Shown one piece after another: positions 1-8,712 of a stretch of 64,000 nucleotides of DNA. The notes under the pieces were generated by a model that was not told where the DNA came from, searched no databases, and saw only the letters and a program-made list of their open reading frames with translations. Position 1 is the first letter of the stretch; each line of letters opens with the position of its first letter. This DNA is from Dehalococcoidia bacterium (GTDB taxonomy: Bacteria > Chloroflexota > Dehalococcoidia > SM23-28-2 > RBG-16-64-32): positions 4,674 to 68,673 of the forward strand of contig DATKDX010000047.1 of assembly GCA_035512435.1 (NCBI GenBank), written 5' to 3'. The translations under genes and the position numbers were made by a program.

Positions 1-381
1 TGCGACGCCGACATCGACGGTGACTTCGCTGTCAACACGGCGGACAACTGCCCGCTGGTCCACAATCCCACGCAGGCGGACTGGAACAACGACGGCATCG
101 GTGACCACTGCCAGGACAGCGACGTCGACAACTACCTCGACTGGCTCGAGATCTATTTCGGCACCGATCCGGCCGCTGACTGCGGAGTGGACGCCTGGCC
201 ACCGGACATCACGAACGACGGCACGGTCAACACCACAGACGTCCTCTCCCTAAGGGGGCCGTTCTTGACAAGTGCCGGCGAGCCGGGATTTACGCAGCGC
301 GTTGACTTCTACCCCGATGGAACGATCAACACAACCGATGTGCTGAACCTGCGGCCCGTCTTTGGGCTCAGCTGCAGTTAG
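1..381 (+). CDS. 3' end of a 5'-truncated gene for a TSP3-repeat/dockerin-like surface protein
   Basis: Frame 1 is open from position 1 to the stop at 379-381. The translation carries Asp-rich Ca-binding loops (DADIDGDFAVNTADNCP, NNDGIGDHCQD) typical of thrombospondin type-3 repeats, then two dockerin-like segments (WPPDITNDGTVNTTDVLSLRGPF; DFYPDGTINTTDVLNLRPVFG). The same C-terminal module ends the 519..5126 protein. Confidence 0.6.
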   Translation, partial: CDADIDGDFAVNTADNCPLVHNPTQADWNNDGIGDHCQDSDVDNYLDWLEIYFGTDPAADCGVDAWPPDITNDGTVNTTDVLSLRGPFLTSAGEPGFTQRVDFYPDGTINTTDVLNLRPVFGLSCS

Positions 382-518
382 GTGAAATTCCGCCATTGGG
401 AACGTGATAGATAGCGCGGCACGGAATTCGCATATCTATTGGAGGAAATCTACTTGTAATACGCCGTAAGGAGTGTTAAATACCTGTCAAGCTGGAATCG
501 TATTTCTGGGGGTGCGCC

Positions 519-3500
519 ATGCGTCAACTATCCCGCCCTGTTCTCGCCGCAACAATTGCGGCCGCCTTGGCAGTTATTGCCATCGTCGTTTCCTTTCAGG
601 AAGGTCCGTCAGCCGAGGCTGCCGGATCCGCCGATGTCAAAGTGGTCAGCCTCACATTCGGTACGCCGAACGGCACCAATCAGTGCGTCAACCCTGCACC
701 AACGGAAATTCCCGTCAACACAAACGTCACAGTCTGCACGCGGCTCACGTTCCACAACAACGGCCCAACCAGCCCGGTGGACGTCAGCATTGACCGGAGC
801 GCTCAGTTCGTGCCGCAGGGGGGGCAACCTTCCAACGAGTGCACAATCAGCCCAACGAGCGGCCTGCTGACGTTCACGAATGTCTCATCTTCCGTGACAT
901 TAACCCGTGACGAAAATTACACCGTCAACTGCACGAATCCGTCATTCCACAAGTTCCGCGTCACCAACACTCTTAGCGTGGGACCGGCCGGCAACACCGA
1001 TCCGGATACCAGTAACAACAGTGCCACCACAGACCTGGACGTTGGGGTGACCGCTGAAGCGGACTTCTCCATCGTCTCCCAGATTCTTTACGACGCCGAC
1101 TGCACTAGCCCCGCGCCAACAACCATCCTGGTCAACACTGACGCCGTCTTTTGCCTGGTGAAGACCGTTCACAACGCGGGCCCCTTCGGCCCCACCGCGG
1201 CCGACATCTTCTTCCGCAGTGATGCCCCTGCAGACTGTACACTCGTGCCCTTTGTCGATTCCAACGGCGCGCAGTTGCAGGTATCTGTGAATTTCACGCT
1301 GTCGGAGCTCTTTACCCTTAACTGCTCCCAGCCTTCCAGCCACACCTTCATGGTAGAGAACTTCCTGGAACCGGTCGACGTTCACGTCACCGATCCTGAC
1401 GGCGTCTCTTACATGGCCACTCAGCACACCGTGGCCGTCCTGGGCCAAGCGGACGTCAAGATTCAGAGCCAGAACATCTCAGCTCCGCTCTCCGCTCAGC
1501 CCGGCCAACCATTCACGGTTACCGTGAACAAGACGGTGCACAACAACGGGCCTGTGGGGCCAGTCACGGTAAGCATAGCGGCCAGTGTTTCTGCTCCCCC
1601 AGACTGCTCCGTCACACCTGATCCCGGCAACCCAACCTCTGCTAACCTTCCAGTCTCGGCCGCAACGCCGCTTACCGAAAACTTTGAGGTGACCTGCACC
1701 GATCCGTCCAACCACCAGATCACCATCGAAAACTGCATCGCCTTCAGCGTCCTCCACCTTACCGATCCCAACACCGCCAACAACTGCAGCCAGTCATCAG
1801 TCAATGTGCCGATTTCCGTGGACGCTGACCTCAAGATCCAGTCACAGAGCGTCAACGCGCCCAGTCAGGCCGACGCTGGAGTGGCATTTGACATCACCAT
1901 CCAGAAAACGGTCCACAACAACGGACCCGCGCCCTCGGCGCCGGCGACGATCACATCGAACGTCTCCGGACCGGCCGACTGCACGATTACACCCGATCCG
2001 GGCAACCCCGCCGCCGTAACGCTCAGTCCCTCTGTCGCCACGAACTTGAGCGAATCCTTCAGCGTAGTCTGCACCGGCCCATCGTTCCACGAGTTCACCG
2101 TGGAGAACTGTATCGACCCCTCAAACGTGCACGTGGTCGATAACATTCCCGGCAACAACTGCCAGATAGATAGCGTGACGGTCGCCATCGTCGGCGAATC
2201 AGACGTCAAGATCACATTCCAGGAAGTAATTGACCCACCTCCCGCGCCAATTAACACCGTCGCGATCGATATGGATCCGAACAATACGCCGGCTAACACG
2301 GCTACTTCCTACGGCACGGTTGAGAACTGCGGAGAAGTCACAACGGGGAACACAACCATAATCGACGTGATCGTCGACGAGGTGCCTCCCTACAATGGGA
2401 CAAACGGCGGCATTGTTGGCGTCGAGTTCACGCTCAACTATGACCCAACGAAGGTCCACGTAGTAGCCAAGGACTACTTCTTCCTCCTGGCCGCCAACGG
2501 AATTACACCGATCGATTTCTCTGACGACACCAGCGATCCATTCCCGGATGATGACGGCACATACACACTCGCGGTCGTCGACTTCGGTGCGGGAGCACCA
2601 GAAAGCGGAGTTGGCGTTCTTGGCCGCGTTACCCTGCAGGGAGTGGGTTCCGGTACGAGCCCGCTCACTCTTTCAGGCATCGCATTGACTGATGGCGGAT
2701 TCGAGCCGTACTCAATCACGAACACAGTGAATGCAGAAGTCCGCGTGGATGGCGCCTGTCCGCTGCCACCTACACCCACGCCCTCACCGACCCCATCCCC
2801 AAGCCCATCACCGACGCCCTCGCCCGGCGTGCCGCCCGACCTGATCTTCGACGTGGGCGAGGACTTCGGCATCAAGCTAATCAAGACGATGCACAACAAC
2901 GGTCCGGCCGGGCCGACCAACGTCTCGATAAACACTTCGTTCTCAGCCCCTCCAGACTGCGAACTGCTGGACATGCTTACGAACCCCACCAGCGCGACCC
3001 TGCCCGTATCATCCTCCGTGCAGGTGACGGAGAACTTCCTGGCTAGCTGCGATTCGCCATCGGAGCACACCTTCTCCTTCACGAACTGCATTGAAGTGAC
3101 CGACGAGCACGTTACCGACCCGAACCCGGGCAACAACTGCTGGACCAGCAACCTGGTCGTCGTCATCCTGTCGCAGACGGACCTCAAGATCACATCACAG
3201 ACGCTGGACGCGCCGCCTGAGGCAGAAACCGGGACTCCCTTCGGCCTGACCTTGACCAAGACCGTGCATAACAACGGCCCCTCAACGCCGGGCAACGCGA
3301 ACATCGTGACGAACGTGTCAGCGCCGCCCGACTGCACCGTGACTCCGGATCCTGGCAATCCTGCTTCGGTGACACTGGACGCCTCTGTCAGCCAGCACGT
3401 AACGGAGGTATTCAGCGTCACCTGCGATGAGCCCTCGTTCCACGACTTCCAGATCGAGAACTGCCTCCAGGTAGCCGACATCCACCAGAGTGATCCGGAC

Positions 3501-5126
3501 ACCGAGAACAACTGCGAGACGTCTCAGGCAACCGTCTCCGCCACCGCCGAGGCTGACCTCAAGATCACGGCGCAACAGTTTTACGCGGCTGACTGCACTT
3601 CGCCGGCACCGGATATGCTGCCGCCGAACACTGACCTGACGCTGTGCGCCAGCACGACGCTTCACAACAACGGACCGTTCGGACCGATGGACGCCAACGT
3701 CCAGTACGTGGTGACACCGCCTCCGGGCTGTACCAGCAACCCTGACAACGTCACCGTGCCGGCCAACAACATGCAGGTCTCCACGGCACAGGTACAGAAC
3801 CAGTCGTTCACGCTGAACTGCACAACGGGCGGCATGCACAACTTCCAGTTCACGACGACGCTTGCGCCGCAGAATATCCACATCGACGATCCTCAGGCCA
3901 ATAACAACATCGAAACGGAAGTGGTCGAACTGCGCGGTGATGAGGCGGATCCGAAGATCACGGCGGTTGTCGTCGACTGCCCGGACGATGCGATGACAAA
4001 CACGACGTTCGACTGCGACGTGCACGTGACGGTCCACAACAACGGGCCTACGACTCCCGTCCCGGTGGACGTGGAAACGGAACTGGTGGGCGCATTCGAC
4101 TGTACCCTGACTCCGCCGGGATCGCAGACAGAGTCTCGCCTCCTGGTGGCCAGCACGAGCCAGGTGATCACGTACAAATGGTCAGTCACGTGCACGGAGT
4201 ACAGCTTCCACCAGTTCATGGCCAACTCCGAACTGGAGATGTCCGATCCCGGCATCCTGGAGCTCGACCCCAACAACAACACAGGCACCGGCCAGGACAC
4301 GACGACAGTGTCGGCGCCCGTAGACGTGAAGGTGACAGCGGTGACCGGCACTGCGCCCGCCAATTCGCCCGCCAACACACCGTTCAACGTGCAGGTGGAT
4401 GTCTCCGTCCACAACAACGGTCCAGCCTCGCCGATCAAAGTGGAAGGCGGCGCCGGTATCGCGGTGCCCAGCGACTGCACGGTCGCGCCCGGGCCGTACC
4501 AGCTGTTCAACATCATGGTTGTGCCGGCCAGCGCCACGCAGGTCGTGACGAAGGACTTCACGGTGAGTTGCTCCCAGAACGGCGACCACCAGATCGTGGT
4601 CTGCGGACGCGCTGGGCCGAACACACTGCACGTTCAGGAGCAGAGTCAGCACAGCAACTTCAAAAACACGGCCATCATCGTGAACATTGGCGGCAACTCG
4701 CCGACATTCGTGCCGACCACCTCTTGCTCGATCCTGGGCGACCCACCTGAGGTCTGCGGCAACGGAATCGACGACGATGGTGATACTGAAATCGACGAAG
4801 AGCCGGACACCGACCTTGACGGCCTAAGCGACTGCGTTGACCTGGACGACGACAACGACGGGTACCCCGACGTACTAGAGGAATACATCGGGACTGACCC
4901 GCTAAACCCCTGTGCGCGCGCTCCGTTCGATTCCGCATGGCCTCCTGACTTCGACAACAACCAGCGGATCAACACGACCGATGTCCTGGCACTCAAGCCC
5001 ATCTTCGGAACCAAGGCAGGCGATGCCAACTTCGGCCAACGCGGCGATCTTGATGGCAACGGCAAGATCAATACCACAGACGTGCTCTCGTTGAAGCCCG
5101 TGTTTGGAATCACCTGCACCAACTGA
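519..5126 (+). CDS. Giant secreted surface protein (1535 aa) with signal peptide, ten ~120-aa DUF11-like repeats each holding a near-invariant HNNGP motif (one copy reads HNAGP), one internal cohesin-like domain, a PT-rich linker, TSP3 repeats and a C-terminal dockerin-like repeat pair
   Basis: N-terminal signal peptide MRQLSRPVLAATIAAALAVIAIVV. Repeats recur with the pattern ...DVKI(T/Q)SQ... TVHNNGP ... PPDCTVTPDPGNP ... F(S/T)V(T/S)C..PS.H.F..EN. Residues ~590-760 (VEFTLNYDP...DGTYTLAVVDFGAGAPESGVGVLGRVTLQGVGSGTSPLTLSGI) match the cohesin-like domains of the downstream small proteins. PTPTPSPTPSPSPSPTPSPG linker. C-terminus CGNGIDDDGDTEIDEEPDTDLDGLSDCVDLDDDNDGYPD then ...RINTTDVLALKPIFG...DLDGNGKINTTDVLSLKPVFG, a dockerin-type duplicated Ca-loop/helix segment. 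A hairpin terminator follows the gene. Confidence 0.8.
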   Translation: MRQLSRPVLAATIAAALAVIAIVVSFQEGPSAEAAGSADVKVVSLTFGTPNGTNQCVNPAPTEIPVNTNVTVCTRLTFHNNGPTSPVDVSIDRSAQFVPQGGQPSNECTISPTSGLLTFTNVSSSVTLTRDENYTVNCTNPSFHKFRVTNTLSVGPAGNTDPDTSNNSATTDLDVGVTAEADFSIVSQILYDADCTSPAPTTILVNTDAVFCLVKTVHNAGPFGPTAADIFFRSDAPADCTLVPFVDSNGAQLQVSVNFTLSELFTLNCSQPSSHTFMVENFLEPVDVHVTDPDGVSYMATQHTVAVLGQADVKIQSQNISAPLSAQPGQPFTVTVNKTVHNNGPVGPVTVSIAASVSAPPDCSVTPDPGNPTSANLPVSAATPLTENFEVTCTDPSNHQITIENCIAFSVLHLTDPNTANNCSQSSVNVPISVDADLKIQSQSVNAPSQADAGVAFDITIQKTVHNNGPAPSAPATITSNVSGPADCTITPDPGNPAAVTLSPSVATNLSESFSVVCTGPSFHEFTVENCIDPSNVHVVDNIPGNNCQIDSVTVAIVGESDVKITFQEVIDPPPAPINTVAIDMDPNNTPANTATSYGTVENCGEVTTGNTTIIDVIVDEVPPYNGTNGGIVGVEFTLNYDPTKVHVVAKDYFFLLAANGITPIDFSDDTSDPFPDDDGTYTLAVVDFGAGAPESGVGVLGRVTLQGVGSGTSPLTLSGIALTDGGFEPYSITNTVNAEVRVDGACPLPPTPTPSPTPSPSPSPTPSPGVPPDLIFDVGEDFGIKLIKTMHNNGPAGPTNVSINTSFSAPPDCELLDMLTNPTSATLPVSSSVQVTENFLASCDSPSEHTFSFTNCIEVTDEHVTDPNPGNNCWTSNLVVVILSQTDLKITSQTLDAPPEAETGTPFGLTLTKTVHNNGPSTPGNANIVTNVSAPPDCTVTPDPGNPASVTLDASVSQHVTEVFSVTCDEPSFHDFQIENCLQVADIHQSDPDTENNCETSQATVSATAEADLKITAQQFYAADCTSPAPDMLPPNTDLTLCASTTLHNNGPFGPMDANVQYVVTPPPGCTSNPDNVTVPANNMQVSTAQVQNQSFTLNCTTGGMHNFQFTTTLAPQNIHIDDPQANNNIETEVVELRGDEADPKITAVVVDCPDDAMTNTTFDCDVHVTVHNNGPTTPVPVDVETELVGAFDCTLTPPGSQTESRLLVASTSQVITYKWSVTCTEYSFHQFMANSELEMSDPGILELDPNNNTGTGQDTTTVSAPVDVKVTAVTGTAPANSPANTPFNVQVDVSVHNNGPASPIKVEGGAGIAVPSDCTVAPGPYQLFNIMVVPASATQVVTKDFTVSCSQNGDHQIVVCGRAGPNTLHVQEQSQHSNFKNTAIIVNIGGNSPTFVPTTSCSILGDPPEVCGNGIDDDGDTEIDEEPDTDLDGLSDCVDLDDDNDGYPDVLEEYIGTDPLNPCARAPFDSAWPPDFDNNQRINTTDVLALKPIFGTKAGDANFGQRGDLDGNGKINTTDVLSLKPVFGITCTN

Positions 5127-5147
5127 GCAACACCAGCGTCTGACGAT

Positions 5148-5189
5148 TCAGGCTCCGGAAGCTAAAGCCTCCGGAGCCTGAGTTTTTGT
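5148..5189 (+). terminator. Rho-independent terminator after the giant surface protein gene
   Basis: Perfect 12-bp stem tcaggctccgga / tccggagcctga (5148-5159 and 5170-5181) followed by gtttttgt. Confidence 0.6.
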
Positions 5190-5534
5190 CCCGAATCGAG
5201 CCAAACTCAGGGCGGTTAAAAACCGGTTAAAGCGCGTCTACTACTGATGTTCTTCGTTGAATCGCCAACTTTTACAGTGATATAAAGGATTTACTTACAT
5301 ATTCTGCAATCTGGCAAGGGGAGGGTTCGGGTGCGTAGCAGGCAGGGTCACTGCATTTCCCAACGAGGCTGTCGATCGGGTTAGACGGCACGCCAGAGTC
5401 TGCTTCCGGCAGTTTCCGCCGCGCCCGGTCAGGTACTTCGTTGAGCCAACCTCGCGGCAACGCTCCCCTCACATTCTTGCCGGGCATCGCCCTGCTTGCC
5501 GCCGGCCTGAGGTCCTCCTTCTATCCTCGCTATC

Positions 5535-6515
5535 ATGGGACGACTTGGAACGATTAACCCGATGACAGCCCGCGTGATTACCACATGGGTCCTCTGGAGC
5601 GCCGCCGCGACGCTCCTCGTTCTGCACGTCGCCTCTAACGCAGGCGCCCAGTCTGGCACATCGCTGGCCATTGATGTCGGCTCTGCCTCCGGTTGCGATG
5701 AAATCGGCGAAGGCGACGAGATTGAGGTGCTGCTGCGCATCGAAAACGTCATCGAGCTAGGGGCATGGGAAGCAACCATCGTGTACGACCGCGACATTCT
5801 AGAAATCGTCTCGCAGGACAACCGTCAGTTTATCGTCGAAGCTCCGGGCAGCAACGTAGTCGACGCATCAGAGCCGCTCCCCGACTACAATGGGCGCCAT
5901 CTCCTCAGCATCGGTGATGCCAGCGCCAGCGCCGAAAGCGGCGATGGCGTCCTCTCCATCGTCGTATTCAGGGCCGTGGACGAGGGCACCACCCTAATTA
6001 GCATTCCTCAGTACGACATCAATGGGGACGGCCGTACTGACGAAGGCGCGCAGATCTCCCGATATGGCGGCGGCTTCATCGGCGACGTGAATGGCGACGG
6101 GTTCTTCGATGGGCCTGTGAGTGGCGGCATCGTCGCAGTCGATGCTGACTGCAACGATGCGGAGACGCCCGAGCCAACCGACCCGCCAACCTCGGGACCG
6201 GGACAGAGCGACAGCGGGGACGGCGGCGCAAACACATCCAGTCCCAGCGGCGCCGGCCCCGGTGTATCCCAGCCGCCGGAGAGCGGACCACCTCCGAGCG
6301 ACGGCCAGACGCCCCGCACACCCACGCCCATCGACGGAACGCCCCAGACGCCCTCTGACGGCGACCCAAATCGCAGCCCTGAGAGCGACGATCGCACCAA
6401 CGATGGAAACGGCGACGGGGACTCATTCCCGCTCTGGCTGATCGCCGTCTTGCTGACCGGCGGACTGGCCGGCGGCGCAGCAGTCGTCGTTTATGCGGTC
6501 AGCCGTAGGCCCTAA
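5535..6515 (+). CDS. Secreted cohesin-like domain protein with C-terminal TM anchor (type-I membrane topology)
   Basis: Signal peptide (…TWVLWSAAATLLVLHVASNAGAQS). Cohesin-like beta-sandwich motifs (IEVLLRIENVIELGAWEATIVYDRDILEIVS ... ESGDGVLSIVVFRAVDEGTTLISIP). Pro/Ser/Gly/Asp-rich linker. C-terminal FPLWLIAVLLTGGLAGGAAVVVYAVSRRP: hydrophobic helix plus basic tail, no LPXTG. Confidence 0.65.
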   Translation: MGRLGTINPMTARVITTWVLWSAAATLLVLHVASNAGAQSGTSLAIDVGSASGCDEIGEGDEIEVLLRIENVIELGAWEATIVYDRDILEIVSQDNRQFIVEAPGSNVVDASEPLPDYNGRHLLSIGDASASAESGDGVLSIVVFRAVDEGTTLISIPQYDINGDGRTDEGAQISRYGGGFIGDVNGDGFFDGPVSGGIVAVDADCNDAETPEPTDPPTSGPGQSDSGDGGANTSSPSGAGPGVSQPPESGPPPSDGQTPRTPTPIDGTPQTPSDGDPNRSPESDDRTNDGNGDGDSFPLWLIAVLLTGGLAGGAAVVVYAVSRRP

Positions 6516-6672
6516 ACGGTGAGAGAACGGTTAGGAAACTGTAACTGAGGTACTCATGCAAGATTGGGGCGTTCATGTTGCGCCGTACGGGACCTTTGTG
6601 ATACTTATTACCAAAGCTATTTAGCAGAGAAAACTCGCATAACCGCATCCCCAAGGAGGAGGGCATCCAATC

Positions 6673-7680
6673 ATGAGAATTGCCGGAATTCATGTGCTTC
6701 CCGGCTTGACGGTCACTGCCATTGCCGTGGCAGTAGCAATGGCGGTCATCCTCGCGATCCCGCAGGCATCGAACGCCGCCACGGGCACCCACGACGGCTC
6801 AGCTGGCTCCGTTGACCAGTTCGTCGTGGACACTAACATCACAGGGAACACGCTGGGAACCGTGTCAGACACGGGCCAACTCCAGGGCCCGGTCAACGAA
6901 TGCGTCGAGATATCTAGCGGTGGAACCGTGGAAGTCGACATCGTCATCGACGAAGTCAACCCGGCGGACGGATTTACGGGTGGCGAGACTCAGATCTCGT
7001 ACGACCCTGCCATCCTTCAAGTCATCGGCTATACTCTTCCAACCGGCGCCATCAACTTCACGCCAGATACGTTGCCCGACACTGATGGAACGTTTACGCC
7101 GGCATGGATCGCCCTCGCCGCCCCCGCAGACGGTGAAATCGTCCTCGCCCGGGTGGAATTCCAAGCAGTCGGCACGGGTGTCAGCCAAATATCGCTGAGC
7201 AACTCTGTTGCGAATGACAACATCGGGCCAGCGCCCATACCCATTAACTCTGAGGTGGGCGGAAGGATCGCCGTTGGTACCAGCTGCACCGCGCAGGCGA
7301 CGACGCCGCCCGTTTCGACGACGCCTCCGGTCGAGACCACGCCTCCGGTCGAGACCACACCTCCAGTCCAGACGACACCTCCAGCCCAGACGACACCTCC
7401 GGTAACGCCTACGCCTACGCCTACGCCTACTCCTACTCCTACTCCTACTCCTACGCCGACCCCAACACCGACGGCAACAGCCGGCGTGACGGGCACGCCG
7501 ACCGGCACGGGCGGAACGGGCACCCCGATTGGGACGGCAACGCCCGGTAGCCTGCCGCGCACGGGTGGCGAGGAAGGCGCTGACGGCACCAGCATCATGC
7601 TTGTGTTGGCCGTCATTGGCATCGCGGCCGTGAGCGGCGGTGCAGTCGCCCTGAAGGCCGCCGCCCGCAGGGAACAATAG
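6673..7680 (+). CDS. Secreted cohesin-like domain protein with PT-repeat linker and C-terminal LPXTG sortase sorting signal
   Basis: RBS aaggagga 12 nt upstream of the ATG. Signal peptide. Cohesin-like core (VEISSGGTVEVDIVIDEVNPADGFTGGETQISYDPAILQVIGY ... DGTFTPAWIALAAPADGEIVLARVEFQAVGTGVSQISLSN). (TTPPVxTTPPV)n then (TP)n linker. C-terminal LPRTGG, hydrophobic stretch, then KAAARREQ: a classical LPXTG signal. Confidence 0.7.
   Translation: MRIAGIHVLPGLTVTAIAVAVAMAVILAIPQASNAATGTHDGSAGSVDQFVVDTNITGNTLGTVSDTGQLQGPVNECVEISSGGTVEVDIVIDEVNPADGFTGGETQISYDPAILQVIGYTLPTGAINFTPDTLPDTDGTFTPAWIALAAPADGEIVLARVEFQAVGTGVSQISLSNSVANDNIGPAPIPINSEVGGRIAVGTSCTAQATTPPVSTTPPVETTPPVETTPPVQTTPPAQTTPPVTPTPTPTPTPTPTPTPTPTPTPTATAGVTGTPTGTGGTGTPIGTATPGSLPRTGGEEGADGTSIMLVLAVIGIAAVSGGAVALKAAARREQ
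7312..7473 (+). repeat. In-frame tandem nucleotide repeats (21-bp and 6-bp units) encoding the TTPPV/TP linker of the LPXTG cohesin-like protein
   Basis: acgcctccggtcgagacc x2, then acgcct/actcct x ~10 (7405-7473). Confidence 0.7.
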
Positions 7681-7704
7681 GCCGACGATCGAGCCAAGCG
7701 ATAC

Positions 7705-8712
7705 GTGATTAGTGGGGCGGCGGTGCGAAGTGCCCCGCCGCCCCACCACCCCATCCTTATGATTCCTCGCTCACAGACCTATACCGCACCAATCGCGCTC
7801 GCTGCAGCGGTGCTCTCCATGATGATTCTTGCAGGCGAAGTTCGGGCACAGGGAGTAGTGGCCGAGAACGTTGATCTCATCGCTATCGACACCGACACAT
7901 CCGGCAACGACCCCACCACCGTTGGCGCGGTCGATGTCTGCTCGAGGATCGAGGTTGGTGATGAATACGAGGTCGACGTAGTTGTCCAGGGGATCCCGGA
8001 ATTGGATGAAGGGGGTGAGCTTGTATCCTTCGAGTTCGTCCTCCACTATGATGGGCGTTATGTCGAGATAATCGATGCTGATGTCACAGGTCAACTGCTT
8101 GGGGAAGCGCCCGGTAGCAACGTGATTGACTTCACCAACGAAACTCCAGACGACGACGGTCAGTTCACGGTCGCGGCTGTAGACTTCGGCGAGGGAGCAG
8201 ACGAATCGGGCGATGGTGTCCTTGCCCGTCTCACACTCCGCGGCATCGGCCAGGGCACAAGCGACCTCGCACTTACCGGCATCTTGCTACACGATTCCTC
8301 CCCACCTGAGCAGATCGACCACTATGAGTTCGATACCGTCCAGAACGGCCTGATCTCAGTCGGGGTGGACTGCGCGCCCAACGTCACCCCGCCGCCGTAT
8401 GTCTCCGCAACACCAACCGCTACGCAAGAACCAGGACAGGACGGTGGCACCACCCAGCCGCCTGGAGAGTCTCCGGATGATAGCACTCCCGTTGACGGCG
8501 AGACTCCGCCCAGCGACAGTCCCGGCCCGGGCGATGATTCAGCGAGCCCGAGCAACGGCGCAGACGGAGACAACAGCCAGAGCGACGACGATGACGATGA
8601 CGATGGCTCAGGTACGATAATCATCATCGCAGCAGTCGTCGTGGCCATCTTGCTGGCGGCGGCAGGTGCTGGCTACCTCGTGCTCCGCCGGCGCGGAGGA
8701 GATGCTTTATGA
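7705..8712 (+). CDS. Secreted cohesin-like domain protein with acidic linker and C-terminal TM anchor plus RRR tail
   Basis: Cohesin-like core (YEVDVVVQGIPELDEGGELVSFEFVLHYDGRYVEIIDADV ... DGQFTVAAVDFGEGADESGDGVLARLTLRGIGQGTSDLALTGI). D/S/G-rich linker ending DDDDDDDGSG. C-terminal TIIIIAAVVVAILLAAAGAGYLVLRRRGGDAL. The true start may be the internal Met of MIPRSQ (~7759). Stop overlaps the next gene's ATG (ATGA). Confidence 0.65.
   Translation: MISGAAVRSAPPPHHPILMIPRSQTYTAPIALAAAVLSMMILAGEVRAQGVVAENVDLIAIDTDTSGNDPTTVGAVDVCSRIEVGDEYEVDVVVQGIPELDEGGELVSFEFVLHYDGRYVEIIDADVTGQLLGEAPGSNVIDFTNETPDDDGQFTVAAVDFGEGADESGDGVLARLTLRGIGQGTSDLALTGILLHDSSPPEQIDHYEFDTVQNGLISVGVDCAPNVTPPPYVSATPTATQEPGQDGGTTQPPGESPDDSTPVDGETPPSDSPGPGDDSASPSNGADGDNSQSDDDDDDDGSGTIIIIAAVVVAILLAAAGAGYLVLRRRGGDAL

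Noticed and set aside
2474-4624. Long minus-strand ORFs (2474..3511, 3318..4037, 3893..4624) antisense to the giant surface-protein gene
   Set aside because: They are typical high-GC antisense open frames: no RBS, low-complexity Arg/Gly/Ser-rich translations, and entirely nested in a gene with strong repeat and domain support on the + strand.
5272-5821. Minus-strand ORFs in the 5190-5534 intergenic region and the start of the cohesin-like protein gene
   Set aside because: No RBS; they overlap the signal-peptide region of a supported + gene.
7386-7473. Short perfect direct repeats, considered as a possible CRISPR array
   Set aside because: The units are 6 bp with no spacers and lie in-frame inside a coding region encoding a Thr-Pro linker. 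This is not a CRISPR array.
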